DNA of 64,000 bases from Opitutaceae bacterium. GTDB taxonomy: Bacteria; Verrucomicrobiota; Verrucomicrobiia; Opitutales; Coraliomargaritaceae. The notes under the pieces were generated by a model. It was not told where the DNA came from. It did not search any database and was given only the letters and a program-made list of their open reading frames with translations. The stretch is from NCBI GenBank assembly GCA_051252375.1, contig JBPOFY010000001.1, positions 416,001-480,000 of the forward strand, given 5' to 3'. How positions within the stretch are numbered: position 1 is the stretch's first letter; each line of letters begins with the position of its first letter. Of the stretch, positions 11,157-23,255 are shown piece by piece. Made by a program: the position numbers and the translations under genes.

Positions 11157-12578
11157 TTACTCTAGCTCGCGGATTTGCGTGCTGTCGATCAACTTTTCGC
11201 CGGCATATAGCTTGGTGACGACGACCAATGGATCGCCAGTTTCGCACCATTTATACTCCTTGAGTCGAGTGAAAGCACTTTGAATAGTCACTTCGTGGTC
11301 GTGGTTGAACTCGATGAAAAATGGTTCAATTCCACGCATGATCAGTAGCTGCTTGAACAAGATTGGGTTGTCGGTAAAAGCGTAGATCGGCAGTTGTGGT
11401 CGTAGTGATGACAACTTCTGAGCGAACAATCCGCGACGCGTGAACACAATGATCGCCGCGTCGAGCGAAGCAGCCAGTTGTGCGGCAGACTTCAGCATCT
11501 TCGACTTCGGCAGTGTCAGATGGATGTCGTCTCTGATCGGCAGGGTTTCTGCCTTTTCCATGCGATAGGCGATGCGATTGATGGTTTGCACGCATTCGAC
11601 GGGGTATTTGCCGACGGTGGTTTCACCAGAGAGCATGACGCAGTCGGCTTGTTCGCGAATTGCGTTGGAGACGTCAGTGACTTCAGCGCGAGTCGGGATG
11701 GGTGACTCGATCATCGATTCAAGCATGTGCGTGGCTACGATCACAGGCTTGGTGCCTTGTATGCAGGCATTGATCGCTCGTGATTGAATCAGTGGAAGAT
11801 CCTCGAAGGGGCACTCGATGCCTAAGTCGCCACGTGCGACCATGAGGCCATCGGATGCTTTGATGATGCCCTCCAGATTCGCAATCGCTTGTTGGTCTTC
11901 GATTTTCGCGATGATTTTGGCCTCGGAGTTACGATCTTTAAGATACTTGTGGAAAATTTCTAAATCTGCGGGCTCGCGGACAAACGACAGGGCGAAGAAT
12001 TCAATGTTTTCCTCGATGCCGACATCGACGTCGCCTTCGTCTTTTTTCGTCAGTGCCGGCAGGTTGACGCGCACACCTGGTAGATTGATGTGGCGGCGAT
12101 TACCGAGCGGTCCCGCGATGACGACTTCGGTGCGAACGCGTTGACCTTCAATGTTGGTCACTTTCAGGCGGATTAGACCACTGTCCACCAATACGGTGTC
12201 GCCTACTGACATGTCATTGGCAAAGCCCGGGTAGTTAACGTCGACGCGGCGGATGCCTTCTTCACCAACGCCGCCGAGACCTTCACCATATGTGAAGTCG
12301 AAAGTTTCGCCCACGACCAGTTCGAAGGTTTCAGGAACGTCGCCTGTGCGAATTTCCGGACCCTTTACATCCATCATGATGGCGATTTGGCGACCAACAC
12401 GGTCGCAGACTTTTCTCACGCGCTGGATGATCTCACGTGTCCAAGCATGATCAGCGTGCGCCATATTGATACGGCAAATGTCGACGCCTTCTTTGATGAG
12501 CTTCTCAAGAGTCGCTTCGTCCATCGTGGCTGGGCCGATGGTAAAGATGATTTTTGTTTTTCGGTATGCGGTTTCCAT
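11157..12578 (-). CDS. pyk: Pyruvate kinase
   Basis: [62 protein letters not shown]. Confidence 0.98.
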   Translation of the reverse strand: METAYRKTKIIFTIGPATMDEATLEKLIKEGVDICRINMAHADHAWTREIIQRVRKVCDRVGRQIAIMMDVKGPEIRTGDVPETFELVVGETFDFTYGEGLGGVGEEGIRRVDVNYPGFANDMSVGDTVLVDSGLIRLKVTNIEGQRVRTEVVIAGPLGNRRHINLPGVRVNLPALTKKDEGDVDVGIEENIEFFALSFVREPADLEIFHKYLKDRNSEAKIIAKIEDQQAIANLEGIIKASDGLMVARGDLGIECPFEDLPLIQSRAINACIQGTKPVIVATHMLESMIESPIPTRAEVTDVSNAIREQADCVMLSGETTVGKYPVECVQTINRIAYRMEKAETLPIRDDIHLTLPKSKMLKSAAQLAASLDAAIIVFTRRGLFAQKLSSLRPQLPIYAFTDNPILFKQLLIMRGIEPFFIEFNHDHEVTIQSAFTRLKEYKWCETGDPLVVVTKLYAGEKLIDSTQIRELE

Positions 12579-12580
12579 AG

Positions 12581-13393
12581 TTACAGTGTAGGGAACTGAA
12601 CAGCACAGGTAGTGCCGATATCTGGATTAACGATATTAATTTTGAATGAATTTGCGCGGCAAAGCCCTGCAAACTTGCTCTGGACGTGTGCCACGCTGTT
12701 GCAGTCTTTGCTGAGGTGGGCGATGAATACTTCTCTAAGTTTGGCGCTGCCGTTTAATTCATTGAGCACATTGTAAGCAGCGTCATTGGAGAGGTGGCCG
12801 TGGCGACCGCGGATGCGTTGCTTGGTGGACCAAGGGCGTTTTTCGTCCTTTTCGAGCAAATCTTCGTCGTAATTGGCTTCAAGCACCAGCGTTTCGACCG
12901 AGTGCATATGCTCTTTGACGTGCTCCGGCACGTAGCCGAGGTCGGTGATCCAGCCGAGACCTTGTCGAGGGCTGAAAAGATCGCCCTCTTCGCCCCAATG
13001 GAAGGTGTAGCCGACGGGGTCATAGGCGTCGTGGGGGAGGGAAAAGGAGCGGATTTCGATGTCGCGAAAATTAAAAGTCGTGCCGGTTTGAAAGATTTGC
13101 CAGTTCGGGCGCTTGGTCAGTTTGCCTTGGACTGCATCCGCGGTGTCGCGGTTAGCGAAAATGGGCAGGTCGGCACGTTTCGCTAGCCCACGAATGCCCT
13201 GTGCGTGGTCGCTGTGCTCGTGGGTTAAAAAGACCGCATCTATCGTATCTAGCGACTCATTAATGGTTTGCAGCATTTCGCCGATGCGCTTGGCTGAAAA
13301 GCCGACATCGACCAACACCTTGGTATTGCCAGTGCATAAAAGGGCGCAGTTTCCGCTACTACTAGAGCCGAGAATCTGAAAATTGGCTGACAT
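12581..13393 (-). CDS. MBL-fold metallo-hydrolase (YycJ/WalJ-like)
   Basis: [37 protein letters not shown]. Start set at ATG 13393 (MSANF). Confidence 0.9.
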   Translation of the reverse strand: MSANFQILGSSSSGNCALLCTGNTKVLVDVGFSAKRIGEMLQTINESLDTIDAVFLTHEHSDHAQGIRGLAKRADLPIFANRDTADAVQGKLTKRPNWQIFQTGTTFNFRDIEIRSFSLPHDAYDPVGYTFHWGEEGDLFSPRQGLGWITDLGYVPEHVKEHMHSVETLVLEANYDEDLLEKDEKRPWSTKQRIRGRHGHLSNDAAYNVLNELNGSAKLREVFIAHLSKDCNSVAHVQSKFAGLCRANSFKINIVNPDIGTTCAVQFPTL

Positions 13394-13575
13394 CGACCGC
13401 AGAACTACACGCCCACAGGATGGGAGCAAAGCATTTTTACGCACTTGCCTATCTGTTAATATCCCCTTTGGCTCTCCCGCTTCAATTAACTGGCTGAGCA
13501 GCTTGCGCCCTAGTCATTCGCACACAACTTGTTACGAGTGAAAGGTCGCTGCCGCAAAGGCCGATCCGTATTGAT

Positions 13576-14556
13576 ATGAAAAATAAACACAGCAGCCCAT
13601 CGCAAGACGCACTCGCTCCTGCTTTTACCAAGCCGAGTAAAGTCTATGATCAGGATTTCGTCCTCACCGACGAATACCGTGCCGCCCTGCCCGATATGCA
13701 GAATGCCGATGCGCAGCAAATTTTCGGTGCCAATGTGCCTATCTTGAAGGTGGGCATTTCCAACTTTCGGTTACCTTTACGCTACATCACGCCGACTTCG
13801 GATACCATGACCTTGGAGACTTCGGTCACTGGCACGGTGTCGCTCGAAGCGAATCAAAAAGGTATCAACATGTCGCGTATCATGCGCGTGTTTTACGATT
13901 ACCAAGATCGTATCTTCACGCCCGACCTTCTTCAAGATGTGCTCTTGCACTACAAAAAGGAGATTCAAGCACATCGTGCGCAGCTCAAGTTAGATTTTGA
14001 ATATCCGATCATGAAACCGAGCCTCCGCAGCGGCTTGGAAGGTTGGCAGTATTACAAATGCGCATACGAAGGCAAAGTCGATGACCTCGACCGCTTCCGT
14101 AAATACATTCACTTCGATTTCGTTTACTCTTCCGCTTGCCCTTGCTCTTCCGAGCTGTCCGAGCACGCGCGTGAGAGTCGCCAAGTTTATGGCATTCCTC
14201 ATTCACAACGTAGCACCGCACGCGTGAGCGTTGAAGTAGCTGAAGGCGAACACTTGCCAATCGAAGCACTCCAAGCGATCTGTCTCGAGGCCCTGCAGAC
14301 CGAGACACAAGTCATGGTCAAACGTGAGGACGAACAAGCCTTCGCCGAAATGAACGGCGCCTTTACCAAATTTGTCGAAGACGCTGCTCGTTTACTTTAC
14401 GAACAGCTCGATTCTGAGCCGCGTATTGTTGATTTCCAAGTTGCCTGTGCGCACTTGGAATCGCTGCACTCGCATGACGCAGTCGCGGTGATCAACAAAG
14501 GCGTGCCCGGTGGCTTTACCGGACAGTTCGAAGATTTCAAAGGCTTGATTCGATAG
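13576..14556 (+). CDS. folE2: GTP cyclohydrolase IB
   Basis: [52 protein letters not shown]. Confidence 0.95.
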   Translation: MKNKHSSPSQDALAPAFTKPSKVYDQDFVLTDEYRAALPDMQNADAQQIFGANVPILKVGISNFRLPLRYITPTSDTMTLETSVTGTVSLEANQKGINMSRIMRVFYDYQDRIFTPDLLQDVLLHYKKEIQAHRAQLKLDFEYPIMKPSLRSGLEGWQYYKCAYEGKVDDLDRFRKYIHFDFVYSSACPCSSELSEHARESRQVYGIPHSQRSTARVSVEVAEGEHLPIEALQAICLEALQTETQVMVKREDEQAFAEMNGAFTKFVEDAARLLYEQLDSEPRIVDFQVACAHLESLHSHDAVAVINKGVPGGFTGQFEDFKGLIR

Positions 14557-14812
14557 AGTTTGCCTCCGAGGACGACGGTCTTGGACTAAATTTTTTAGGT
14601 TTGGGACGGAGTCTTGGTTAGTCGAAGTTGCGCCTGCTGATCCTTTATAGATAAAGTATACCATCTTCTAGGTTTTTACGTGATGTTGCGCTACGTATTT
14701 TGCAATAGACTGTAAAAATAAAACACTAGGTCACTTTAGGCATGTCATCTGCCATAGAAGTCCTACGTTTGAAATTTTTATATACCGAATGCTACTAGTT
14801 GATACACCCGCT

Positions 14813-15331
14813 ATGCCTACCACCAATTTAAAAGAACTCTTTGATGTCGTTGATGCGGACGACAAAGTTCTACGTGTAGAAACACGCAGTGTCGTGCACC
14901 GCGAGAAACTGATGCACCGCGCGGTGCATATTTTTGTCTTCAACTCAAAGGGCGAGCTCTACTTACAGCGTCGTTCGATGACGAAAGACACAGCGCCCGG
15001 GAAATGGGTGAGCTCCTGTTCCGGTCACGTTGATAGCGGTGAAGAATACGATACCGCTGCCGCGCGCGAGCTCGGTGAAGAAATCGGTCTCTACGATCCA
15101 ATGAGACTGGAGCGCGTTTTCAAAGAAGCTCCCTGCAAGCCAACTGGTCATGAATTCGTCTGGGTGTATCGTTGCCAATCCGAAGGTCCGTTCCAGCTCG
15201 ACCCAACCGAAGTCAGCGATGGTCAGTGGATCGAAATAAAACACTTAAATAACTGGCTCAAAGAACGTCCTCGTGATTTCGCTTGGTCCTTTGTCCACCT
15301 CTGGGAAAAGTATCAAGCGCAACAAGCGTAG
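14813..15331 (+). CDS. NUDIX hydrolase, IPP-isomerase/YfcD-like; alternative start 14789
   Basis: [46 protein letters not shown] box. Confidence 0.88.
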   Translation: MPTTNLKELFDVVDADDKVLRVETRSVVHREKLMHRAVHIFVFNSKGELYLQRRSMTKDTAPGKWVSSCSGHVDSGEEYDTAAARELGEEIGLYDPMRLERVFKEAPCKPTGHEFVWVYRCQSEGPFQLDPTEVSDGQWIEIKHLNNWLKERPRDFAWSFVHLWEKYQAQQA

Positions 15332-15334
15332 TCG

Positions 15335-16081
15335 TTATTCGCTGGCTGTCTCTTTTGGGTAGATTGCTTCAGAGAGCATTCGGATTTCTAGCCTTGTTGA
15401 ATTTGTGCGTTTCGGCCGTTCAAGAATGAGGACCACTCTGCGATTTGTAGCGATACGGATGTCATTTGAGAGAACTAGGCGCGGTCCACTTTTTGCCTCA
15501 AAAGCCAGCCCTATCGGTATGCCTTTATCGCTGCCGGCATAATCGCTGAAATCCACGGCAGCAATTGCTCCAGGTTGTATGTCTATATCGGTGGGTCCGG
15601 CTTTTCCAAAGAGTGGCACGCCTGTTGTATTGACCATGAGGAGAGAATTTCGAGCAAAGGATTCTGGGGCGTCATTAATAATAAATAGGTCGTATGTCCG
15701 CTCATGTATTTGAACGTCACGATTTGATGAATGAGCGGCAAAGATAACTAAACCCTGCGCAATGGTTGGGTCGATCTGTGCCGACGTTGCTATCAAATAG
15801 GGGGGATTATTTTCATCTCCAGCGACGTAGTTTGGATTTTTGAAATAAATATTTAGTTCGGGGGTCCCACGGTATTGGTAAGTTGAAATTGAACGGCTGG
15901 TTCGGGTAAATGTCAGAGGTTCAATTTCTTTGCCGTTGAAAAAATACAACTCTTCGAAGTGATCGCGACCGACACCAAAGACACGGAAATCAATGGAGAT
16001 TTCATTCTGTTGTTCTTTTGCGTAGGATTGGGTTCCCATGGCAATGAACAGGAAAACTAAAGTTGTGAATTGCTTAACCAT
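15335..16081 (-). CDS. Hypothetical secreted protein, partner of the PilX-like protein
   Basis: Signal peptide MVKQFTTLVFLFIAMGTQSYA; overlaps the end of the 1006-aa gene by 25 nt. Confidence 0.72.
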   Translation of the reverse strand: MVKQFTTLVFLFIAMGTQSYAKEQQNEISIDFRVFGVGRDHFEELYFFNGKEIEPLTFTRTSRSISTYQYRGTPELNIYFKNPNYVAGDENNPPYLIATSAQIDPTIAQGLVIFAAHSSNRDVQIHERTYDLFIINDAPESFARNSLLMVNTTGVPLFGKAGPTDIDIQPGAIAAVDFSDYAGSDKGIPIGLAFEAKSGPRLVLSNDIRIATNRRVVLILERPKRTNSTRLEIRMLSEAIYPKETASE

Positions 16082-19077
16082 TTTATGTTTTCGATTCGGA
16101 ATTTTCGCCCAAGCCCAATTGCGTTGTTCATTTCGTCAGCAGGGTTGTTTTTAATTAGATCCGGATAGCGCTGAATAGTCGCTTCGCAATAAGCCACCCC
16201 TTCTTTTTTGCCTGTGATAGGATTGAGGATAACCGCACCGGCACGAATTTTAAAAGTGTCGCTGCGCGGGCTTAGTGCTGGGCTTAGTGCAGAAAGAAGA
16301 TCTGCTTGGCTGAGGAAGCTAGTGGCGTTGCGAGGCATGCGTTCATCGATTGTGGCATCTATATATTTGGTGCCTTCTATCACTGTGTTGATGGCGGTCT
16401 CATCGATGGCTTCTTGGAGCAGACCTGAATTAATAAAAGCTTTAAACGATTCGAAAGGCTTCTCACGTGTTTTAAGTTTATCGACGATATTTACTGCCAA
16501 TGCAGTCAGCTCTTCTTCGCTTATTTCTCTATGGCCCAGTGAGATGCTAGGCTTCCATTCGCTCCCAGGATTGAAGCCATTGCCCGCTTTGAAAGTGTCT
16601 GCTCGTTCGGCATCTGTTAAACTTGGATAGTCATCGCTCAATGTTGTTTCATCCTCGTAATCTTCGAAAGGAAACTTCCAGTTTGTAAATGAGGTCGAGC
16701 GTAAATGCCCGGAAAAGGGGAGTCTAAAAAAGGACGATTCTAGATTTAGTCGATGCTCCGTGCCCACTGTGGCAGTGCCTTTGTTGGTTGAGTAATTCCA
16801 ATCGAAAATGTTGTTGGCGCCGAGAATGGCTTTCCATGCAAGTGCTGAAGTCGAATTAAAATTAAAGCTCCCCACTTGATGTAGGTAGCGCGTAGATTCC
16901 GAATTTTGCAGTTCGATTAAACTTTTCTTAGTGCCGGTTGGTGTGACTGTAATATAAGGGTTTGGAAGGCGGCTCTCTTGCTCAGTGGGGGATTGATGTT
17001 TCCAGTGCGACGAGGCGGGGCTTTGAGGTATACTGGAAATAAAATAGCGATCGAACACTTCGTTCAAGTCGTCTCCCCAACTGTTCCCGATAGAAAACGG
17101 TCGAGTGTCATAGAGCTGCAAGTGTTGCAAAACCCCAATGGAGTAGGGAGTGGTCGCAGGGAGATCAAAAAGGCGAAAGAAATTGTTATTCACCTGGCCA
17201 TGGAAAAAATCAAGGTTCGAGAATGCGATCGATGAGGGTTGGTCCGGGTCGCCTTGATCATCGCCATCCACGTCATTTAAATCGATTCGTTCAAGCGTCT
17301 CGGGAGTGCTCAAATCTAGCGCCGGCGAGCGTAAGTCGATTTTGGTGAGCCACGACTCAATGTCATCGATGCTATCAAGCAGGCGATATTGAAATGCGAT
17401 GGGTGCGTCTGAAACAGATAGGGACGATGGGCTGCTTTGATAGTAAGCGAAGTTGGTTGAAATAGCACCGAATGGGATATCTTTAATTTGCTGAACGACC
17501 TCCCCATCAGTATTGCGTATGATGAGTGAAATTTTTGATGCGGCCGACGTATAGTTGATCGAGTCACCGTCGGGATAGCTGATATTTCTATGGGCAGAGT
17601 TGTAGCTAGGATCATCGACTACCCAGACCCAATCGTTTGTGTAATAGAACTTACTTTTGTTCGAACTCGCGTTGATCGGCCATTCTCCGGTCATCTTGCG
17701 TATCTCTCCAGATTTGTGGGTGTCACTAAAATTGAGCTCAAATTTTGGAGTGATGACGTCAAAATTCAATGTGGTTGAATTTGTGAAACTCTCGGTGTCT
17801 TTGTCGTAAAAGCTAAGGATTATGTCAGGCATATCCACCACTTCTACGCTGAGTTCAGGAGTGCCTGTTCCTGAGCTATCTAGGAATTTGTGGCGAAATC
17901 CATAAGGGCTCCACATCTCTGCTTCGAAGCGTAAAAAAGCTCGGGCATTTCTCGAATTTTTAGTCTGCCCGGAAACTACAAAGTATAGCGAATATTCGGT
18001 GATGAGGACGGGCGTTGTTATTACGGTGTCTCCGGCATTCAAGGTCTCGAGATCTGTGTCGTTCAATCCTATTAGGGCGATGTCGCCGTTTGCATCTGGA
18101 GAGCTGTCCCATAGAAATTTGCGCAGCGCGTCATCGACTTTTAAGGGCGAGGCAGTCGAGTCGAAGCTCTGATCCATGAGGTCAAACTTAAGACCGCCCA
18201 ATTCCGTGTTGGAAATTACGTTCTTGGCGAGCTGTGTTACGTCATGGAATGAGCCCGTGTGTTCGCTTTGTTCGACTCCAGTGAGTAGCTGCATCTGTGG
18301 TGAACTGATGACTCTCCTTAGCGTGTCGTTGGCGTCTTCTACTTTTTGTGAAATTGCGGGGTCGCGCACATCCTCAATCTCTGAAGGGGTGAATAGGGTG
18401 TCGTCGCTGTAGAATACTTTGAGGTCAGGTCGTCTGGCGCCGATCTGCTTTAGCAACTGCCTTTGTTCTGATATCGATAATCCGGCACTATTGAAATCGC
18501 TGAAAAACTGATCTGACAAATATGAGGATTCGTCGATTTGCCCAGCGCTTGCTTTCACGCCTTCGTCGCTGATCCACCAGGCGATTTGAGATGAGATGTT
18601 GGCATCGCTTAAAACTTCGACGATGGGGGCGGAGACGTATTGGGAGGTGTCTGCTCCAGCGGAGCCGGGCCCGACGAGTTGCATTAGGTCTGCGGGGAGT
18701 ATTGCTGGATCGCTGGGATCGCCGGACACCAACCATGTGGGGGCGGCTGCCGGGGCAGTGGTGTCCCAAATGCCGGTCCAGAATCGAGCGGGGTTGGCGT
18801 AATTCCCCTCGCCTAGAATTTCGGCTCTTGCGGTGACTCGCTGATCGGGACCGCCGTGTTTTTGGAGTTCCCCGATGGCGACCATCAGTGCGAGTCGGGC
18901 GCTTTCGCGTGCTTTCAGCTGCACCAGCGCACTGCTGCTGGTTGTGGTCTCTACCTTAATAAAAAGTGTTACCGACAGGAGCAGGGTGAGCACGAATGCC
19001 ATCAATCCAAGTGCAATCACCAGGGCAAAGCCTGCCTTTCGGCGAGGGGCGTTCTGATGTAATGGATCGCAATTCAT
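16057..19077 (-). CDS. Large PilX/GspK-like pseudopilin (Verru_Chthon cassette A-like)
   Basis: Prepilin-type N-terminus RRKAG|FALVIALGLMAFVL, GELQKHGGPDQRVTARA, AWWISDEGVKA, and C-terminal LSQADLL..RSDTFKIRA..CEATIQR..GRKFRI. Confidence 0.78.
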   Translation of the reverse strand: MNCDPLHQNAPRRKAGFALVIALGLMAFVLTLLLSVTLFIKVETTTSSSALVQLKARESARLALMVAIGELQKHGGPDQRVTARAEILGEGNYANPARFWTGIWDTTAPAAAPTWLVSGDPSDPAILPADLMQLVGPGSAGADTSQYVSAPIVEVLSDANISSQIAWWISDEGVKASAGQIDESSYLSDQFFSDFNSAGLSISEQRQLLKQIGARRPDLKVFYSDDTLFTPSEIEDVRDPAISQKVEDANDTLRRVISSPQMQLLTGVEQSEHTGSFHDVTQLAKNVISNTELGGLKFDLMDQSFDSTASPLKVDDALRKFLWDSSPDANGDIALIGLNDTDLETLNAGDTVITTPVLITEYSLYFVVSGQTKNSRNARAFLRFEAEMWSPYGFRHKFLDSSGTGTPELSVEVVDMPDIILSFYDKDTESFTNSTTLNFDVITPKFELNFSDTHKSGEIRKMTGEWPINASSNKSKFYYTNDWVWVVDDPSYNSAHRNISYPDGDSINYTSAASKISLIIRNTDGEVVQQIKDIPFGAISTNFAYYQSSPSSLSVSDAPIAFQYRLLDSIDDIESWLTKIDLRSPALDLSTPETLERIDLNDVDGDDQGDPDQPSSIAFSNLDFFHGQVNNNFFRLFDLPATTPYSIGVLQHLQLYDTRPFSIGNSWGDDLNEVFDRYFISSIPQSPASSHWKHQSPTEQESRLPNPYITVTPTGTKKSLIELQNSESTRYLHQVGSFNFNSTSALAWKAILGANNIFDWNYSTNKGTATVGTEHRLNLESSFFRLPFSGHLRSTSFTNWKFPFEDYEDETTLSDDYPSLTDAERADTFKAGNGFNPGSEWKPSISLGHREISEEELTALAVNIVDKLKTREKPFESFKAFINSGLLQEAIDETAINTVIEGTKYIDATIDERMPRNATSFLSQADLLSALSPALSPRSDTFKIRAGAVILNPITGKKEGVAYCEATIQRYPDLIKNNPADEMNNAIGLGRKFRIENIKWLSNSQL

Positions 19078-19522
19078 CGCCGTGCATTAGAGAGAGATGT
19101 GCAGAAAAAGCGATACAATGATGATCTTTTTTGTGTTTAGTCTGGCAGTGGTATATTTCCGTGAGTGTTACTGAAATGAGGACTAAAAGAGTAATTATCC
19201 GCAACTAGTTCGTATGGGCTAGTTGCGGCTATTTAGGGTGCGCATTTGTCTTCGGGGGTGAACTCTGAGCTCAAGCCATCATTCAACTGGATGCTTTAGT
19301 ATGTCGGGGCAGTGATAGTAATTGCAGCTGTCGGTCTATTTGTGAGTTCGAAGTGTTAGTATTCCGCGTGAGAGTTGGCTGTTATATAGGGCTACGAAAG
19401 CGATAACACACTTGCCAGCAAGCGGGTCTTTCGCCAGCTTCGGAGCTTTTTCGTAAAACGCGTGTCCTCATCGAGCGAGTCTTTACCTAACATTTCCCAA
19501 TCCAAGAACACACACAGATCTC

Positions 19523-22500
19523 ATGATCTCATCCATTCTCAAGAAATTTTCCGGTCGTCACTATAAGAAATATCTTAAAAAGTGTCAGCCTATCATCGAG
19601 CAGATCAACGCCTTTGAGGTTGAATATCAATCGCTTACGGACGAGCAGCTGCAGGCAAAGACGCCTGAGTTTATGCAGCGCGTTAAGGACGGCGAGACGC
19701 TCGACCAGCTCCTGCCTGAAGCATTTGCTGTGGTGAAAAGCGCGTCACGCCGGATGTGTGGTAAAGAATATGACGTTTGCGACCACATGCTCCCTTGGAA
19801 CATGGTGCACTATGATGTGCAGTTTATCGGCGGTATCGCGATTCACGAAAAGCACATTGCAGAAATGGCGACTGGTGAAGGTAAGACACTGGTTTCGACC
19901 TGTCCGTTGTATTTGAACGCCTTGACTGGGCAGAATTGCCAGTTGGTCACGGTCAATGATTACCTCGCACGTCGTGACTCGGAGTGGATGGGGCACCTCT
20001 TCCGCTTCCTTGGGCTGACTGTTGGTTGTATTCAGAACAGCATGCCGCCGCAGCAGCGCCGCGAGATGTATAACTGTAACGTCACCTACGGCACCGCTTC
20101 GGAATTCGGCTTCGATTATCTCCGCGATAATGGCATGACGAGCAGCAAAGAGGATCAGGTGCAGCGCGATCACTACTTCTGTATCATTGACGAAGTCGAC
20201 TCCATCTTGGTGGACGAGGCCCGCACGCCATTGATCATCTCTGGCCCGATGCAGGATGACAACCCGCTACCTTTTAACGAAATTAAGCCGACTATCCAGA
20301 ATCTGGTTTCGAAGCAGCAGTCATTTTGTAATAACCTCGTTGCCGAAGCCAAGAAGTCCCTCGACTCAGCCGAAACGGACGTCGACGAGAAGCACGAGGC
20401 GATTGCCAAGCTCTACCAAGTGAAGCTGGGCATGCCGAAAAACAAGCAGTTTCACCGTCTCAACGAGGTGCCGACCATCCGTCGTGCAGTCGACAAGTTC
20501 GACCTCGAGATGAATAGCGATTTCAACAAGAAGCAGCGCTACGCCCTCAAAGAAGAGCTTTATTACGTGATCGACGAGAAGCAGCAGCAAGCTGACTTGA
20601 CTGAGAACGGTCGTAATTTAATGAGCCCGAACGATCCGGATGCCTTCATGATGCCGGACTTGCCCACGCAGTTTATCGAGATTGATAAGCAGGAAGAGGT
20701 GAGCCTCGAAGATAAGCAAAAAGCCAAGCATGACGCTGAGACTTTATTCCAGCAAACCAGCGAGCGCATTCACTGCATTAGTCAATTGCTCCGTGCCTAC
20801 AGTCTCTATGAGCGCGACAAGGAATACGTCGTGCAAGCGGGCAAGGTAAACATCGTCGACCAAAATACTGGTCGTGTGATGCCAGGCCGTCGTTGGTCCG
20901 ATGGGCTACACCAAGCGGTGGAAGCCAAAGAAAATTGCACGATCGAGAAGGAGACCAAGACATACGCCACCGTCACGATTCAGAACTACTTCCGCATGTA
21001 TGAGAAGTTGTCTGGTATGACTGGCACGGCGGAAACTGAAGCCTCAGAGTTTAACGAAATCTACGGTCTCAAAGTGATGGTCATCCCGACCAACGAGCCG
21101 AACATTCGTGTCGATATCAACGACGTCGTTTATAAAACCCGTCGCGAAAAATTCAACGCGGTCGTTCGTGAAATCGAAGAGGCGAACAAGAAGGGCCAGC
21201 CCGTGCTGGTCGGCACGGCTTCGGTTGAAGCGTCCGAAGTGCTCAGCCGTATGCTCAAGCGCAGCAACATCACACACAGCGTGTTGAATGCGAAATTCCA
21301 CGAACAGGAAGCCGAGATTGTGGCCAACGCTGGTCAGAAAGGCTCCGTTACGATCGCCACCAATATGGCGGGTCGTGGCACCGACATTAAACTCGGACAG
21401 GGTGTTCCTGATTTGGGCGGACTGTATGTGATCGGCACAGAGCGCCACGAATCTCGCCGTATCGACCGCCAGTTGCGTGGTCGTTGCTCGCGTCAAGGCG
21501 ACCCGGGTGCATCGAAGTTTTTCGTTTCTTTGGAAGACGACCTCATGCGTTTATTTGCCAATGCTGGCCCGATTTCTCGCATCCTTGAAAAGTCGATGAC
21601 TGAGGGCGAAGAGCTTCAGCACCCGGCTTTGAATTGGTCGATCGAGAACGCGCAGAAGAAGGTCGAGCAACAGAACTTCTCCATGCGTAAGCGCTTGCTG
21701 CAGTTTGACGATGTGCTCAACACACAGCGCGAAGTGATCTACGGCATCCGTAACGACGCCATCCATTCCGAGAGTCCGCGTGAGATCCTCTTCGAAATGA
21801 TCGAGGAAGAACTTGAAGTGCGTTTGAATGAACTCGATGACACCAAGGATGAAGAAGCCGTGGAGCGTTTCATTGCTTGGCTGAATGCCTACTTCCCTGT
21901 CGCTTTGAAGGCTGAGGATATTGAAAAAATCGATCCTCAAGCGCAACATACGCTGATTCTTGAGCGCATCAATCACGCTTACGATGAACGTGAAAACTTT
22001 GAGGACCGCGAGGCCCTGATCGGGTTGGCTCGTTATATCATCATCCGTTCGCTCGACCGTCTCTGGCAGGATCATTTGACCGAGATGGAAGAGCTGCGCC
22101 GCAGCGTGAATCTTCGTGGTTACGGCCAGAAAGATCCGCTCAGTGAGTATAAGAGTGAGGCCTACGTGTTTTTCGAAGAGTTGATGAACAATGTGCGCTC
22201 AGAGATTTGTAACTCAGTTTTCCGTTCGGCGACTAGCGCAGAAGCTTTCAATAACATGCTGGCTCGACTCTCGCAAACCGCACAGGTCGCAGGTCCCGGA
22301 ACAGGCCAACAGCAGCCAGGAGCATTAGCTGGCGCTGCTGCCGTGGCTCAACCGCAAGCGGCAAAGGAAGTGGAATTACCCAAGGTAGAGCCGATTCGTC
22401 GTGAATTACCTAAGATCGGTCGTAATGAAACTGTGACTGTGCGCAAAGGTGTCGAGACCAAGGAAGTCAAATTCAAGAAAGCCGAAACCATGATCCTCAA

Positions 22501-22528
22501 TGATGGTTGGGAATTGGTGCAGAAGTAG
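19523..22528 (+). CDS. secA: Preprotein translocase ATPase SecA
   Basis: [77 protein letters not shown]. Confidence 0.99.
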   Translation: MISSILKKFSGRHYKKYLKKCQPIIEQINAFEVEYQSLTDEQLQAKTPEFMQRVKDGETLDQLLPEAFAVVKSASRRMCGKEYDVCDHMLPWNMVHYDVQFIGGIAIHEKHIAEMATGEGKTLVSTCPLYLNALTGQNCQLVTVNDYLARRDSEWMGHLFRFLGLTVGCIQNSMPPQQRREMYNCNVTYGTASEFGFDYLRDNGMTSSKEDQVQRDHYFCIIDEVDSILVDEARTPLIISGPMQDDNPLPFNEIKPTIQNLVSKQQSFCNNLVAEAKKSLDSAETDVDEKHEAIAKLYQVKLGMPKNKQFHRLNEVPTIRRAVDKFDLEMNSDFNKKQRYALKEELYYVIDEKQQQADLTENGRNLMSPNDPDAFMMPDLPTQFIEIDKQEEVSLEDKQKAKHDAETLFQQTSERIHCISQLLRAYSLYERDKEYVVQAGKVNIVDQNTGRVMPGRRWSDGLHQAVEAKENCTIEKETKTYATVTIQNYFRMYEKLSGMTGTAETEASEFNEIYGLKVMVIPTNEPNIRVDINDVVYKTRREKFNAVVREIEEANKKGQPVLVGTASVEASEVLSRMLKRSNITHSVLNAKFHEQEAEIVANAGQKGSVTIATNMAGRGTDIKLGQGVPDLGGLYVIGTERHESRRIDRQLRGRCSRQGDPGASKFFVSLEDDLMRLFANAGPISRILEKSMTEGEELQHPALNWSIENAQKKVEQQNFSMRKRLLQFDDVLNTQREVIYGIRNDAIHSESPREILFEMIEEELEVRLNELDDTKDEEAVERFIAWLNAYFPVALKAEDIEKIDPQAQHTLILERINHAYDERENFEDREALIGLARYIIIRSLDRLWQDHLTEMEELRRSVNLRGYGQKDPLSEYKSEAYVFFEELMNNVRSEICNSVFRSATSAEAFNNMLARLSQTAQVAGPGTGQQQPGALAGAAAVAQPQAAKEVELPKVEPIRRELPKIGRNETVTVRKGVETKEVKFKKAETMILNDGWELVQK

Positions 22529-22588
22529 GCGGAATTGTTTAAACTAGGTTAAACGATAATCACTCCCGTGAGGGCTTATCCTAAATTC

Positions 22589-22735
22589 AGAAGTTGGAAG
22601 TTAGGAGCTAGAAGTTAGGGCATTATTCTCAAAGGCTTACAGCGGAAACACCCATCGCCAAATTGGCGAAAGTGCTCACATTTACAAACCATTGTCTTTC
22701 AGCGACTAACTTCTAACTGCCGTCTCCTAACTCCT
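22589..22735. repeat. Inverted pair of degenerate AGAAGTT heptamer arrays
   Basis: AGAAGTT-GGAAGTT-AGGAGCT-AGAAGTT-AG (22589-22618) and complementary CTAACTTCTAACT...CTCCTAACTCCT (22706-22735), between convergent genes. Confidence 0.7.
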
Positions 22736-22745
22736 CTTTAAGGGC

Positions 22746-23255
22746 TTATTCGAAACCTTTGAACAGCTCTTCCCAAGCCTTGTCGGACTCCAGTGTCTTT
22801 GGCTCGGCGGTTTTCTTGTCGGACGTCTTCCAAAGGTATGCGGCGAAAGCTTGATCGGCCTCGCAGAGCATTGTGTTGGGGAGCGTTAAGACCTGCTGGT
22901 CGGCAGTTCGGCGGATTTTCAAGCCGCCAGCTTGGGCTTCAATGACTTCCGCGCTGAGTTGTCTGCCTTGTATATCCGTGAAAGTGATGACTCTGTTGGC
23001 AGCACGTAGGGAGTGGTCGTGATCCGTTAGCATGGCTTCAGTGGCAGGGTCGACTTTCACCTCTGCCACTTCGTTGACCACTACGGGAGCAGGAATTTCC
23101 TCCACCGGAGCTGCTACGACGACAGCTTCTGGAGTGGGCTTGGCGACTGCTACGACATCTAGATTATAGAACGCTCTCTTCTCTCCGACGATATAGCCTG
23201 CGTAAAAACAGACACCGGCAACAACGATTAAGCAAAGGGTATACAGGGAATTCAT
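22746..23255 (-). CDS. Hypothetical membrane-anchored protein with SHD1-like domain
   Basis: N-terminal TM, Pro/Val/Glu linker, then TFTDIQGRQLSAEV...LCEADQAF, resembling the SLA1 homology domain 1 common in PVC bacteria. Start set at ATG 23255. Confidence 0.68.
   Translation of the reverse strand: MNSLYTLCLIVVAGVCFYAGYIVGEKRAFYNLDVVAVAKPTPEAVVVAAPVEEIPAPVVVNEVAEVKVDPATEAMLTDHDHSLRAANRVITFTDIQGRQLSAEVIEAQAGGLKIRRTADQQVLTLPNTMLCEADQAFAAYLWKTSDKKTAEPKTLESDKAWEELFKGFE

Noticed and set aside
19078..19522. Possible ncRNA or small ORF (18956-19204) in the long spacer before secA
   Set aside because: No convincing structure or coding signal; compatible with divergent promoters.
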